The notes beneath the pieces were generated by a model that ran no database searches, was not told where the DNA came from, and saw only the letters and a list, made by a program, of their open reading frames with translations. This document shows, in pieces, positions 1 to 12,142 of a stretch of 64,000 nucleotides of DNA. Position numbers and translations under genes: made by a program. The stretch is from Diplonema japonicum (Eukaryota; Protista; Euglenozoa: Diplonemea), in contig OZ025670.1 of the NCBI GenBank assembly GCA_964019335.1, positions 634,221-698,220 on the forward strand, written 5' to 3'. The first letter of the stretch is position 1; the number at the start of each line of letters is the position of its first letter.

Positions 1-2202
1 TCATGGACGAGATTACTGCAAACTCACCCTAGCGACTCTTTCACAACTGGCGTTGAATCTCTGACCTTCGGTGGGTCGCCTCCCGTGACTCGCCTGCAGA
101 CCAAGAGCCCCGAAAACGTCGACATCTCGCTCTTTGGGTACAGCAGAATGGCGTCTGGAAACATGACTAGGAGCCACCACCCTGCCATCGCCTTCAGCAT
201 GATGTTCAAGAACAATGCCCCGAACAAGATGAACGTAGCCGCTTTCTTCAACCTTCCTGCTTTTGCTGAGAATACCCAACGCCATGGAAAAGCGTACAAC
301 ACCACCGCCGCAGAGTCCTCCGAGATGTGCCGCAAGCTGTGCAACATTGACCCGAAATGCATGACGTGGAACTACGGGGCGTCCGGGTGCGCCATGCAGT
401 CGGACGTGCCTCTTTACGCTTTCGAGGATGGGACGTCTTCTGGTGCCAGGGGCAGCTGGATCCAAAGAACGAACGGGATCACGATTAACAAAGAGGTGGT
501 AGGGCCCACTGCAGGGAACTACACGCTGGTAGGGACTGGCGGTGTGGTCACGGTTGGGACAGGGGACTTCCAGGGTTTGTGGACGCAATTCGAGCAGACT
601 GGGAAGCTCAGCAATATGGTGGATCCGAATGGAGGGCACGGTGCTATGGCTGTGAACGCGGACGTTGCTGCTGGTGAGACTGTAGTGCTAACCATTGTGC
701 TGGGGTACTACTACCCAAACCACAACTACCTCTCACAGATGCTGGGGAACCAGTACACGAAGTACATCACTGACTCTAGAGATGCAGCAACTATCCTCGC
801 AAACGACCTTGTGCCCACCTTGAAAGACATCTCCGCCATCCATGACCCTGTTCTGAAGTCCACGCTTCCCGTGTGGATGCGTGACACGCTGATCGGGACC
901 CTGCACCACGTGAGGTCCGCGATGTGGTTCCACGACGGACGATGGAGGCAGTGGGAGGCGTACGATTGTGTGAACATGGACAGCGTGCACAACGATGGTG
1001 AGAGGCACATTCCGTACATTATGTTGTTCCCTGAGTCGACAAAGTCTAAGATAGTCGCGTGGGGCAAGGTGCAACTCAAGAACGGTATGATCCAGGAGCA
1101 GCTGGCATGCGGGTGCATGGGGGGTATTGACGCTGGCTTTGAGCATGGCTGCGGTCGTGTCATGTCTGACGTGAGCACTATGTACATCATCTACCTGCTG
1201 GAGCTGCTAAAATGGAACAACGACGTTGCGTTTGTAAAGGAGTGGTACCCAATTGCGAAGAAGGCTGCTGAGTGGCAGATCGCTGTGTCAACTGTGAGCG
1301 GGATGCCCTACAAGCTTCAAACCACATACGACATCCTCGGGTTGAACAGGTACGACGCTGCCACGTACTCGACTGTGTTCCACATTGCTGCCATGCGTGC
1401 CATGGCAGAGCTTGCCAAGTTCATGGGAGACAGCGATGCGGCGAAGTACACCGCAGCAGGAGATGCTGCACGCCAAGGTCTTGACAGCATGATGTGGGAC
1501 GAGGACCTTGGTGCCTACATTGCGTACACAGGGGGCAGGGCTATCATGTCGGACAGCTTCTATGGGCAGGTCTTGGCGCACAGCGTGGGTCTGGGAGATA
1601 TCGTCGATACAACTCGTCTTGGCCGCCACTTGGACACGGAGGGGAAGATGAACTACGACCCCTTCGGTTTGAAGATCCTGACAAACAGAACGACGGGCAA
1701 CTCTGTGACAGAGAACGACATTTGGCTAATGGCGCCTGCAGACCACGGTGCATTGCGTTTGGCCATCAACCACGGGACCGTGGAGGAGGCACTGGAAGTG
1801 GTGTCGCGCCCGTACCTAAGGTTCACACAGGGCATCAACGACGTGTGGAACGCGTGCGGCATCATGAGAGGGAACTACACCGCCTTCCCTGGCTCGAACT
1901 ACATTACCTCCCACTATGGGTACTACATGACCATCTGGCATACCATGCTCAGAATGTCGGGTCAAAACATCGACAGGCATGCAGGTGTTGTGTCTTTCTC
2001 TCCTGCTGACACTACGGACGACTTCGTGCTGCCGGTGTTCCTCCCGTCCCTGGTTGGGAGCCTGAGCCGCAGTGGCAGCGTTATGAAGCTGTGTATCACG
2101 ACCGGAGACCTTCAGTGGACAACGCTGAACTTGTGGGGCAAAACCTACAACACCGCAGCGAAGAGCCTCTCTGGAGGCAGCTGCGTGAACTGGACGCTGT
2201 AG
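1..2202 (+). CDS. GH116-family glycosidase (GBA2-like non-lysosomal glucosylceramidase/beta-glucosidase) with a PAN/apple-like insert; 5' end lies outside the window
   Basis: The frame is open from base 1. GH116-like segments include WRQWEAYDC..DSVH, VMSDVSTMYI, LQTTYDILG..YDAATYST, SDSFYGQ and HYGYYMTIW. A Cys-rich module CRKLCNIDPKCMTWNY..C is present. Confidence 0.8.
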   Translation, partial: SWTRLLQTHPSDSFTTGVESLTFGGSPPVTRLQTKSPENVDISLFGYSRMASGNMTRSHHPAIAFSMMFKNNAPNKMNVAAFFNLPAFAENTQRHGKAYNTTAAESSEMCRKLCNIDPKCMTWNYGASGCAMQSDVPLYAFEDGTSSGARGSWIQRTNGITINKEVVGPTAGNYTLVGTGGVVTVGTGDFQGLWTQFEQTGKLSNMVDPNGGHGAMAVNADVAAGETVVLTIVLGYYYPNHNYLSQMLGNQYTKYITDSRDAATILANDLVPTLKDISAIHDPVLKSTLPVWMRDTLIGTLHHVRSAMWFHDGRWRQWEAYDCVNMDSVHNDGERHIPYIMLFPESTKSKIVAWGKVQLKNGMIQEQLACGCMGGIDAGFEHGCGRVMSDVSTMYIIYLLELLKWNNDVAFVKEWYPIAKKAAEWQIAVSTVSGMPYKLQTTYDILGLNRYDAATYSTVFHIAAMRAMAELAKFMGDSDAAKYTAAGDAARQGLDSMMWDEDLGAYIAYTGGRAIMSDSFYGQVLAHSVGLGDIVDTTRLGRHLDTEGKMNYDPFGLKILTNRTTGNSVTENDIWLMAPADHGALRLAINHGTVEEALEVVSRPYLRFTQGINDVWNACGIMRGNYTAFPGSNYITSHYGYYMTIWHTMLRMSGQNIDRHAGVVSFSPADTTDDFVLPVFLPSLVGSLSRSGSVMKLCITTGDLQWTTLNLWGKTYNTAAKSLSGGSCVNWTL

Positions 2203-2848
2203 GTGTTACCAACAGAATCATCTAGTTGCTGTCTTAGATGAGCTCGTATGGTTTTACATACTTCTTCTTTGCAGGTCCAGTGGATCTGCGGCTAGAAATT
2301 TGATTCATATCTTGTTACATTTCAAACGTTTCTTGTATGGCGCGCATTTCAAAAGAACTGCCAAGCTCCGTGCCGCAGAAGCCGTCGCGACACGGACAGG
2401 GCTCTCTACTTGAAACAAAACCGTCATTATTTATCCCTTTAGCTTTGTCTTTGTCTTACGTTTAACATTTCTGTGCTGGTTTCCGAACTAATCATGCTGC
2501 CCACGAGGCCCCTTGCAAACAGTCTGAACCTCCGTTTCACGAACCCACGCACGGCTCATCTTTTCTTTATTCTCCTTCCTCTTATTTTCCCCGCATACGC
2601 TTATCTCGAAGGTTCTTCAGCATAAGAAGTTCTAAAACGTGTCTCCATTTGCTGAACCAACGACGGGGGTAAGCCTTGTTCTTTTCTCTCTTTGGTATGG
2701 TGCTTGGTTGGCGATCTATGACCACTTGAGAAAAGCCACCCTTACATGCACTAAATACCAAGCCTTCATACATTTCAGTTGTGCACTCAGGACCCTTACG
2801 CTTAAATACAAGGTTTTTTTCGCGATTCCTTTATAAGTTTTACCAGGA

Positions 2849-3634
2849 ATGGAACAGGAAGATGTCAAAGACAAGCTAAGACGCGGCCTACAAGAGTTCA
2901 CGATACCAATCACATGCAGTGACCCAAAGTTAACAGAGGCGGTGATACGGATAGAAGGGAGCGATATAGGGATACACACGGGGAAGTACTTAAGTATGAA
3001 AGCGCACAATTTACTGAGCTTGCTGGCAAGGGAGAAGATGAAGGTTTGTGAGATGAGCGAAGTGATAGCATGGCTGAGCAGAGCTGTTCTTCTAGACGAG
3101 ATTGTGAAGATGTACTACCCCAGTAGCACTGATGCACCCGGTGCGATCCATCGAAGTTGGGTATACTTCCATCATCTTTGCTCACCAGCGAAGGTCTCAC
3201 AGGCGATTTGCTGGGCTGCCGACCTCTCTCTCAAAGGACTGATCATCCCTGGCCAGCCTGGCTGCGCAGTAGTGGAAGGCGATCTCCAGAGCATCGTTTA
3301 CTTCCACGAAAGGATGCGTCTCTTCTCGTGGCGTGACATGAAAGTCCTCCTCATCACACAGCCCACTACTACCCTTGGCTTGGACTGGACCGGCCTCCGC
3401 CACATCGACGACACTAACCCCTGCTGCGTCTTGAAGGGCAAAGGCGTTAAAGGTCGCGACACCACTGACTACGGTATCCTCGCCGATAAGATCACGAGTA
3501 GCTTAGCGAGGGACCTTCTCACCCTCCTGCCTTGCTTCAGTGGCGGTAAGGTACCTGAGCAAGATGTGCCTATTCCCCCACCCCCTACAACAGGTAGCAG
3601 CGTAAACAAGAAGAAAAAGAAACGCCTCCAGTGA
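2849..3634 (+). CDS. RWDD2/DUF1115-like protein
   Basis: Motifs RSWVYFHH and LKGLIIPGQPGCAVVEG are typical of the RWDD2 C-terminal domain. Confidence 0.7.
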   Translation: MEQEDVKDKLRRGLQEFTIPITCSDPKLTEAVIRIEGSDIGIHTGKYLSMKAHNLLSLLAREKMKVCEMSEVIAWLSRAVLLDEIVKMYYPSSTDAPGAIHRSWVYFHHLCSPAKVSQAICWAADLSLKGLIIPGQPGCAVVEGDLQSIVYFHERMRLFSWRDMKVLLITQPTTTLGLDWTGLRHIDDTNPCCVLKGKGVKGRDTTDYGILADKITSSLARDLLTLLPCFSGGKVPEQDVPIPPPPTTGSSVNKKKKKRLQ

Positions 3635-3683
3635 TTCTTACTTTACTATCTTTTGATAAATGCACATTGAGCACCAAACAGTC

Positions 3684-5255
3684 ATGGCAAGTTTTGCTTC
3701 GAGCATAACATCACCGCTCACCTCATGTGCTCCTGGCCATGCTGTGGTGGCCTCTTTACATAGTGTAGCAAAGCTGAGCCATGTGAAATCAGAAGAGCTT
3801 CTAGAGGCTCTGCACAAGACGCAAAGTGTGTACGATGCAGTGCAGGTGACCAGCGAAGGAGACGATGTGACGATAGATGACCCGTCGGTGGTGGGGGATA
3901 GCAAGGGGGCTAAGGCGCGGATAATACAAGGCAAGACACGAGCATGGGGTGAGACGTCCTCGTTGATGGGACACTCTGTACTGTCAACGTCGCTCAGCAC
4001 AGTTCTGACGGCAACGCCTTCAAGCGTAAGGATAAAAGCAGCACATGCACCGCTCGATGCACTGTACTTGATCCCTAACCATGACGACTCGTGCGGAGTG
4101 GTGATCCCCCAGCTGGTGAGGACGCCGTCCATAATCCCTACATTCCCGCCTGTAATCAAGCAGGTGAAGGAGATTGGCATCCAGGACGATGGTTTCTACT
4201 ACCTTGTCGTGGAGTACGCTCGGCCTGCCTTCATATGGGTGATCCTCTTGGTGGCTGTTATCGGACTTGCATCTAAAGCCGTGGTCGCCGAGCATATGTA
4301 CCCCCCAGAGGTGCCTCCCGTTGTGAAGAGCGTGTGGATGACAGGTGTTTGCGCCACAAGCTTTGCATGCCTTGCTGTAGTGGAGTACTACTCGACACCT
4401 CGCGAAAACCGAAATCACTTATCTGAATTACTGGCAAAGAAGCCCTTTGACCTCTTGGCAACATACATACTAGGGGCGTCAGAACCGCACCACCGGCAGC
4501 AGCAGGAAAGGGAAATACCTTGTTTTGGATTTCTTATGGTGGTCCTGAGCAGTGTGCTGCACGGCCTGTTTTCACTTTCCTTCTTAGTGTCTCTGTCGTA
4601 CACATCGTTGGAGCAGTGCATTGTTTTGATGAATTTGCATCCGATCCTCGTGCTTCTGAGCCGCTTTAACCGCACCCACCAGATGGAGCGTGTGGGTGCG
4701 CTGCTTGTAAGTGTGAGTGTGTTCAGTCTTATTTATTCCTCACCGAGGACCAGCGAAGGAAGCAACCCTTTGCTAGGCAACCTTCTCGCCTTTATGGTGT
4801 CTGTGTACATGTGGGTGTATCTCAACTTGAGTCAGCAGCTGCAAGCGGACGTTCCGAACAACATGCTGATGACGATCATCAACACAATATCATTCGTTGT
4901 GCAGGTGCTTTATGTTATCGGCTTCGAAAGCACCAGCGTGTTCGTAGAACTGGGGGACTTCTCATCACACACTCTCCCCAACGTTCTGGGCGGCCTCATT
5001 GGGGGTACCCTTGCGTACGGGGGCTTTATGATATCCGGGAGATATCTTAACCCACTGGTTGTTTCTGTCCACATCACGTTGGAGCCTCTATTTGCTGTTC
5101 TCATCAACATCGCATCAGGCGGGGCCTCGCCATCATTTATGACATGGGAGTCCCTTACCGTTCTCATCGTTGGCGCGGTGCTTGTGGCAATAGGAGGAAA
5201 ACATGAACAGGAAGACAAAGTCGTCACCGACCACGACACTCTTGTCCTTACCTGA
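3684..5255 (+). CDS. EamA/DMT-family membrane transporter
   Basis: About 10 hydrophobic helices, with DMT motifs LSYTSL..VLMNLHP, LLGNLLAF and LEPLFA. ATG follows a CAG acceptor. Confidence 0.75.
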   Translation: MASFASSITSPLTSCAPGHAVVASLHSVAKLSHVKSEELLEALHKTQSVYDAVQVTSEGDDVTIDDPSVVGDSKGAKARIIQGKTRAWGETSSLMGHSVLSTSLSTVLTATPSSVRIKAAHAPLDALYLIPNHDDSCGVVIPQLVRTPSIIPTFPPVIKQVKEIGIQDDGFYYLVVEYARPAFIWVILLVAVIGLASKAVVAEHMYPPEVPPVVKSVWMTGVCATSFACLAVVEYYSTPRENRNHLSELLAKKPFDLLATYILGASEPHHRQQQEREIPCFGFLMVVLSSVLHGLFSLSFLVSLSYTSLEQCIVLMNLHPILVLLSRFNRTHQMERVGALLVSVSVFSLIYSSPRTSEGSNPLLGNLLAFMVSVYMWVYLNLSQQLQADVPNNMLMTIINTISFVVQVLYVIGFESTSVFVELGDFSSHTLPNVLGGLIGGTLAYGGFMISGRYLNPLVVSVHITLEPLFAVLINIASGGASPSFMTWESLTVLIVGAVLVAIGGKHEQEDKVVTDHDTLVLT

Positions 5256-5496
5256 CCCTCTCAAGACAACACTTACCCTTCCTACCTCCGAACATATCTG
5301 CTCGTACGTCAGCAGAGAGCCTGCTGTTATGCGAAGTGGAAAGAAAGAAAGAAAAAAAAAAGAATACTAAAATAATGATAAGGAGGCCTTCCGGCAAATA
5401 GTGAATCATCAAAATCTCAGTATGATAGACAAACTTCCGTTTATTAGCATTGCTGCTTTACAGCTTCCTTCAAATCACACTAGGTGGTACACAGTG

Positions 5497-7789
5497 ATGG
5501 GCTTTTGTAGTGCTTGTGGCACACCACAGCCAGCTACGGCACACTACTGCTTTAAATGTGGCACATCTCTTGTGTTATTAGAGGAGGCTTCGAAGCGCAG
5601 GCACAGTATGACAAGTACTAGCGCAAGTGTTGCACGTGGCCGCGAAAGGATGTCTCCTCGTTCGAGGTCTGGAAGTCCTCCCGAGATGCTTCCCCCCGCA
5701 GGCAGGTCTAGCATACGCATTATGAAAGAGAGGTTCGCTGTGGTGCCCCCCTTTGCTGTAGGCGGGTGCATGGACCAGAGTGATACGTCGAGCAACGCGG
5801 ATGCAAGACACAAAAGACTGGCTGTTTGCTCTGATTACCCAAACTCCGTTGCCCCCACTACTACTACCACCCCACAAAGATCGCGTAGCACACCCACCTT
5901 TCGAAGGAAGGGTCGTGCGTTCATCGACCATCGGCACGGTGATGAAGCCTCACGCGACATCATTTTCCCTGATACCATGCCCACCCAGGCCACTCCCCCG
6001 AGACTCAGGCAGAGGCGAGAAGAGCGCGAACGTATTAGGAAGGGTGTCAAGACCTTATCGGAGATGCTGGGTGAGTTCCCACCAGGGAGCATTAGGAAGC
6101 TGCGTGTCAAGAAGAAGCACCTCGCTTACAAAAACGGCTTAGTCATCGATGAGGACAACTATATAACGAGCGTAACACCCAACGGCCCTGCCGACATTGC
6201 GGGTGCTCAGGTTGGGATGCGGGTACTTGCTGTAGATGGGGAATGGCTAGGGATGGCACATGCAACAACACTAATGAATGCAAAGGAGTATCAGCTTATA
6301 TGTGTGAAACCGGAGGAGGACGATTCATCCGTGAGTAGTGGCGCAACCACTCCCGCAGGTTCAGTGTCACCTGTGCGACACTCACGGCCAGCAGAGCCAG
6401 ACTCACCTGAGCGGCAAGACAGAATCTGGAGAGGTGAGGACAATGGGAGAGGAAGAAGTGGTGGCGGTGGTGGTGGAGGGTACGGAGGTGGCAGTGGTGG
6501 TGGGTATGGAGGTGGTGGCGGTGGTGGAGGGTATGGGGGTGGAGGACATGGAGGTGGCAGTGGTGGTGGAGGTGGAGGGCATGGAAGTGGTTCAGCATGG
6601 GGCACACCATCTAATACTCAAAACGTAGGGTCGCAACAAGTCATAAAACGATTCCACCAAAAACAAAAGCTGCTCAATGGCTTCCACACAGATGACAGCA
6701 GTTATATTGCAAGGAGCAAGTCACCACCAGAGCGAAGCAGAAGTGCAGGCAGTGCAAGAGCGGCAGCAATTACGATATCACCACCGAGAACAAGAAAGGG
6801 AAGGGCACCTGCCACTGATCACGACAAGAATACTCCCATGAAGTCTAGAAGTGCCAAACCGCTGAAGGTCAACAATGAATTCTTTAAGAGGGCAGAAGGG
6901 ACACCAGGGACCGGCCGCCAGAGGTACGATATGAGCGACCCTGGTGTCGAGATCTACGACTCACCTCGGAGGCTAGCGTACGATGACACAAAGCCTAAGA
7001 TTGATGACCCTGTGCTGGCACCTTCGTCTGGCTACACAGCAGACACCCCACCCACAATTGGGCTGGGCACACCCCACAGCACTAGTACTGGTGCGGTGCT
7101 CCTCTCAAGTGTACCGCAAGGAAGACGCCCGCTACAGCAGACACCAAAGGACGCCAGCGGCACTGCACGCGAGAAGTACTTGAAAAGAGTGGGCAAGCAC
7201 ACAGAGCCCGATACACATGAAAATGTTTACCCTGCGCAACAGCTACAGCCTTACCAAGATATGACAGCCTTTCAGCATGTGCCGTCTAGTAGCTTCGAGA
7301 ACAACGACTACGAATCGAACCATGGCCGAGAGCAAGGTTACGAGGGGGACAGTTTTCAGGATGACTCAGTTGCTGTTGTACCTAAAGAGCGCCAGTTAGA
7401 CACAAGTGAAGTATGGCCTACGGATCCCACGATGCGTGCAAGAACAACACCTCATAAGAAGGGGAAAGCTGCCTGTGCTTGCAGCACTTCCCCGTTCTCA
7501 CTGACCAGAGCTTACAACTGCACGACCTGCAACAGCTCGTGCTGCATGGACTGCTACTGGGCAGGTAAGTGCCTGAGCTGTAAAACTCCGCACGTGTCCG
7601 TTTTCAAGTGGTCGGACTCGCCAAATCCAATGGTCGGCCCTAACGAGGAGAAGTATAGGTCCTTCCGACCCACGCCAGGGAAGCAGGTATGTTTCATTTC
7701 CTTTGCGACAGCCTTTACAGATACGCAACAAGACGCGGCGGGCAGATTTGGAGTATACAGATAGGCTGATAGCTAAGCTCTCAGCATAG
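5497..7789 (+). CDS. Hypothetical protein: N-terminal zinc ribbon, PDZ-like domain, Gly-rich tract, C-terminal Cys cluster; intron 7687-7720
   Basis: Zinc ribbon FCSACG..YCFKCG and PDZ-like ITSVTPNGPADIAGAQVGMRVLAVDG. A 34-nt GTATG..ACAG intron gives a 22-codon last exon. Confidence 0.7.
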
Positions 7790-7860
7790 ATAGTTTGTTC
7801 CCCTCCCTTTGTATCCCTTATTTGTTGCTTTTATATACGCTATTCTAATCCTACAGTCAG

Positions 7861-9282
7861 ATGGCTGACATCTTGAATACCATGTCCCCCCCGCCGCCGC
7901 CAGCGGGGCCAATGCAGATACCACCACTTCCAATGACCACTGGAATGTCGCAACTCCCCATTACGTTGCAGAAGGACCCGGGGTTGCTCTATGGAGCAGA
8001 TGTTGCAAACGTTGCAAGCGTGATCCCCATCCCCATAGGCCACGATTACCCACTCGATGCGGCAAGAATCAGCCCGAGAAGACCTGATCCCCCGTTGATA
8101 CAAGTCCCGCAGTTTCCCCCACAGGTACTTGCGACGAACCTCTTGCCGCAGGCACCTATAGATGAGGCCAATGTCTTGTACACTGTGGTGAAGAATAAGC
8201 TGATGTGGTTCTACAAGAGATTCAACCCTGGCAAGCTCCAGCTCATCGACAGAATACTGCGCGAGAGGGGTGGGGTCACACGAGCAGTAGAAATCTTTGC
8301 AGAGTTGGGCGGACGGTACGAGGGCGCTCACTACTACCTCTCTGTCTACGACGCACTGGAGATCTTTTACAGTGACCACAACGTTGAGAAAGTAGCACTA
8401 GTTGGTGCTGTAATGGAAGAGTGGAACGGGCGCGAGGACAGGCTCATGCGAACACTCGAAAAGAAGTACAACACGAGATTCTTCCAAGACCGTGGCCTTC
8501 TATCCATGCCATATGCACGGGCAGCGTCGAGCTCCCAGATGCACACTCCGATGCGACTCCGCGAACCGGAGACCTTACTGGACAAAACAGAGGCTTTTAT
8601 CCGCGCTGTCTACAAGGTACACTGCCAGCAGATGGTCCCATTTATCCCCACTCTGATGGTCATATACAAAGACAGGTGCAGTGAGCTTATAGGTGCTGTA
8701 TCGGCAAAGTTTGAGATCCCCGTCCCTCCAGATCTCGCCGCTTTGTTAAACTGCCAACCGCAGTCAGGACCAGGACAGCTGGACATGTTGCCGGGGATGA
8801 CGCCCGAAATGCAAACTGAAATGCAAACAGCCATGCAAGGAGACTTACCAGGGCATGGGGGGGAGACGCAGGTGGTGATGGACGAGAAAGACGCGTTGAT
8901 AACTGCGCAGATGCGTCTAATCGAAGACTACGCCATGCAGCTGGACCAGAGGAGGGAAGAAGCAAATGCACACCAGCAGACAGTGGACTACTTGCGACAT
9001 CTTCATGTTAAGGCCAACTCAGTCATCCAGAAGTTTGGCAGACATATTAAAAACATAAGTGTGGTCCAGCACTCCGTCACTCCTGACACTGCTCCAGAGC
9101 TAGGCAAGCTGTGCGGCATCCTGGGTGTCGATGAGACACAGGCGCAGGCACCAGTGAACTCTCAGATATCACAACAGTTCTCCGTCGAGGTACCACTTGT
9201 GCCCTCTTACTACCAAAGCATGTACCTACCTTCCGATGACAACGAGTCCCTGCCTCCGAGCCCTGCTAAGAACAGGGTATAA
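7861..9282 (+). CDS. Hypothetical protein with three repeats of a short helical motif and a coiled coil
   Basis: 473-aa ORF after a polypyrimidine tract and AG. Repeated pattern FY..(F/H)N..K..............L..(R/K)Y. Confidence 0.7.
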   Translation: MADILNTMSPPPPPAGPMQIPPLPMTTGMSQLPITLQKDPGLLYGADVANVASVIPIPIGHDYPLDAARISPRRPDPPLIQVPQFPPQVLATNLLPQAPIDEANVLYTVVKNKLMWFYKRFNPGKLQLIDRILRERGGVTRAVEIFAELGGRYEGAHYYLSVYDALEIFYSDHNVEKVALVGAVMEEWNGREDRLMRTLEKKYNTRFFQDRGLLSMPYARAASSSQMHTPMRLREPETLLDKTEAFIRAVYKVHCQQMVPFIPTLMVIYKDRCSELIGAVSAKFEIPVPPDLAALLNCQPQSGPGQLDMLPGMTPEMQTEMQTAMQGDLPGHGGETQVVMDEKDALITAQMRLIEDYAMQLDQRREEANAHQQTVDYLRHLHVKANSVIQKFGRHIKNISVVQHSVTPDTAPELGKLCGILGVDETQAQAPVNSQISQQFSVEVPLVPSYYQSMYLPSDDNESLPPSPAKNRV

Positions 9283-9376
9283 CTCTGCATTTAGATGCCA
9301 TTATTGTTGTACTGTATATTTCGCATTTCATACTTAGCGTTACCCACTACACAGGAAATTCAATCCTTTCTAAACC

Positions 9377-9958
9377 ATGCAAGCTACCGTACAGCCCATG
9401 TCTCACGGCATGTATGTGTACCTCGCAGGGCTGGTCCCTGTGCAGGTTCCGCAGGGCCAGGTTTCACCTATCATTGAGCCCGCTGCGAATTTAAGTAGTG
9501 GGACAGGACAGCTGACAGCTTCCGGGACGGTGCACAAATCAGGGAGTAAGAACACGCCAAGCAGCAGCCCTGCATTTGTGTGGGATGGCTGGTGGTATGG
9601 GCCCGGTCTGAACCGCAAGGAGAGGAGGGCCATCATGTTCACTCAGCAAGACAAGAGGCAGATCAACAGCAAGAAGCTACAGAACAGGGTGTGGGTCGGC
9701 ACGCATATCCCCAATGGTACCGAGTTGCCATCTAGCCCCGTCGTTCGTCCCACGCCAGATGAAAAAGTTCTGCCTTGCTCACCGCTGGCACTGCCAGTCA
9801 GCCAACTGTCGTGGTCACCCTCCACACAGGGCCTCACGCCAACCACAGACACGCCCATGACTCCGTTGACCTTGAGTCCTGAAAACACAGACCTAAGCGC
9901 TGAATACGATTTCGATCTGCCACCCTTGATGGAGGAGTGGTCTGATGAAGAGCTGTAG
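9377..9958 (+). CDS. Hypothetical Ser/Pro-rich protein
   Basis: 193-aa ATG ORF on the gene strand, downstream of an ACAG acceptor. Confidence 0.55.
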   Translation: MQATVQPMSHGMYVYLAGLVPVQVPQGQVSPIIEPAANLSSGTGQLTASGTVHKSGSKNTPSSSPAFVWDGWWYGPGLNRKERRAIMFTQQDKRQINSKKLQNRVWVGTHIPNGTELPSSPVVRPTPDEKVLPCSPLALPVSQLSWSPSTQGLTPTTDTPMTPLTLSPENTDLSAEYDFDLPPLMEEWSDEEL

Positions 9959-10742
9959 CATCCCACCCTTGTAAATCCCCTTCACCCCGCAGAGGCCGAG
10001 GACAGAAGAGCCTCCTGCAGCTTCCGCATTTAATTTGTCTCTGGACAGAAGGTGCATTGATGTTGAAGATCGCCCACGTTAGCGATGGATGGTCTCTGAC
10101 CGTGCACAGGCGTTGGCAGTTTGTAAAGATTAAATTAAATCACTGCATTTTCTGTTCCTTCCGCTACCTTTGAACAAAGGGACTGCCTTATGCGCACCAC
10201 GCAGGCCTGTGCAAGTAAGACGAATCTTGTTGTTCCTAAACTTTCAGAAGGATCGCTTTTAACAAAGCGATGTGTTCCTTGCGGCTCCTTGTTGGGCTTC
10301 TGTAAGGTGCACTTCTGCCTTTCCTTTAGGCCCTGTGCAAAAGCCCCTTAAAAAAAAAGCAAACGAGCTGCCAGTCTGAAGGCGCTGCGCTTACCAGTGC
10401 GGCCGCTTTCGTTTCAAAACATGACTACAACAGTCTTTTCTTTTAATGACGAAAGGACTCGCTCCCACCCTTCCTCCCTGCCTTTCTGAAAGATGAATGG
10501 TATTCCTCTCTTATGGTGGTAGTGAAGGTTCCACCAGTCATATTTTCTTGTTCTCTGTTTTCTGTTCGCAGGAAACAGATGCGAGGCCTCTCTAAGCTTC
10601 TAACTAGTAACTGCAAAACGAGCCAGTGGTGCCTGTGTGCCCAGTTGCTCACCGGAACTACGTCGCAGTTTATTGGATGGTGCATCTCTCTTATTTGTTT
10701 TCTTGCACTTGACACTCATCGCTATTTTTCACACAGGAGGAG

Positions 10743-11542
10743 ATGAAGCGTGCGGCGCGTCACAAGAAGGATTCTAAGAAGGCGATATCCTTCTACAAAC
10801 TGCACTATGGCATCAAGCCCCCTTACAGTGTTATTATGGATGCGGAGTTTTTGAAGGCGTGTGCGAACAACGGCTTGCACCCTAGACACGAGGTGCTGAC
10901 TGAACTGGATGAGAAGATGACGCCCATCACCACGAACGAGATCCTTGCACAGTTGAAAGAGGAGAGGGAATGGGAGAGCTTCAAGCACGCGAAGACGTTT
11001 TTTTTGATGAAAGAGAAGACGAAGGGCACAGCAGTCAGGGAAAATGTGATGCTGATCAGTGACACGGCGTGGAAGGATCGGGAGCTTTCTGCAGCAGCGC
11101 AGTCTATCAAGAGAATAGTGGGACGCACCAATGAAAACCACTACTTAGTCGCCAGCAACAACGCCGACCTGCGAAGAGACCTAGGGAACGTCTCAGGGGT
11201 GCCTCTCATGCATGTTGACGAAGAGTTGAAGTATGCATCATAGCGTAGTATTATTACACAACCCACCACTGCAGGAAGGTAATTCTTGGCAAAGTCGGTA
11301 AGGCATCGCATTACCATGCATCCAGCACCGATGCCTCAAAGCTGAGTGCTGCCCTTTCAGCACCCGACAAGGCGTTCATCCGAGAGCTGAGGGGAGAAGA
11401 GGGCGATGAGGAGAAACCAGTGAACACCACCCCAGTTGTACAAACAGCAGCGGCGAGCACAGAGGGAAAGAGAAAATGGAAGGTGAAAGGGAGCAACCCC
11501 CTATCAATGAAAAAAAAACGGAAAAAGGATGACATCAGATAG
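10743..11542 (+). CDS. UTP23: rRNA-processing PIN-domain protein UTP23; intron 11231-11274
   Basis: Motifs KPPYSVIMDAEF and YLVASNNADLR..L..VSGVPL. The spliced C-terminus KGSNPLSMKKKRKK matches the UTP23 NPLS-KKK motif. Confidence 0.85.
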
Positions 11543-11792
11543 CTTTTCTTATCAGTCGATCTTTTTGTGTTCTTTAAACAGTCCAAAAGCGCCTGATATC
11601 ACCTAAGTGTGCCAAGCAGGTGGGTCACAGGTGATCTTTGAGAGAACCTCCAAAGGTTGTGAGTTATTAAGGTTTCTATGAAAGCCCTTGCCATTTTTGC
11701 TGCCCACGCTCAGAAGATTAAACATGGTTTAGACTTCTTACACATGGTGAGATAACAAAAAAGAAAACATAGGTTACAAAGAATAAAGTAAA

Positions 11793-12044
11793 ATGGTGCG
11801 CGGGTTCGTGGGACTCACATTCAAGGTGCCTGACTCCCTGGCGACAACAGTATGTTGGTTTCTTTCATGTATCAGCACACAGCTTACCGGTGGCGCTGGG
11901 GTCCCTTCCCTTCCTACCGCTAGCAAGACTACACAGAAGAGTACTGCCAAAGCAGTACCCGCACCAGCAATGGCTCAGGCAGCAGCACCCCCAATGGCTC
12001 TTGCTGCAGCCCCTCCCGCCGCTTCCAAGGCGGCGGGCATTTAG
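11793..12044 (+). CDS. Small Ala/Pro-rich hypothetical protein; probable in-frame intron 11850-11882
   Basis: ATG after a TAG acceptor and a 33-nt GTATG..CACAG segment. Confidence 0.45.
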   Translation: MVRGFVGLTFKVPDSLATTVCWFLSCISTQLTGGAGVPSLPTASKTTQKSTAKAVPAPAMAQAAAPPMALAAAPPAASKAAGI

Positions 12045-12142
12045 TTTACACGTTGACATCGAGTAGTGCAGTGCTTTCATTTATCTGTTTTGGGTTGTTT
12101 TTTTTATGCAATCAGGACTACTACTAGGTCCCACTCGCAAAA

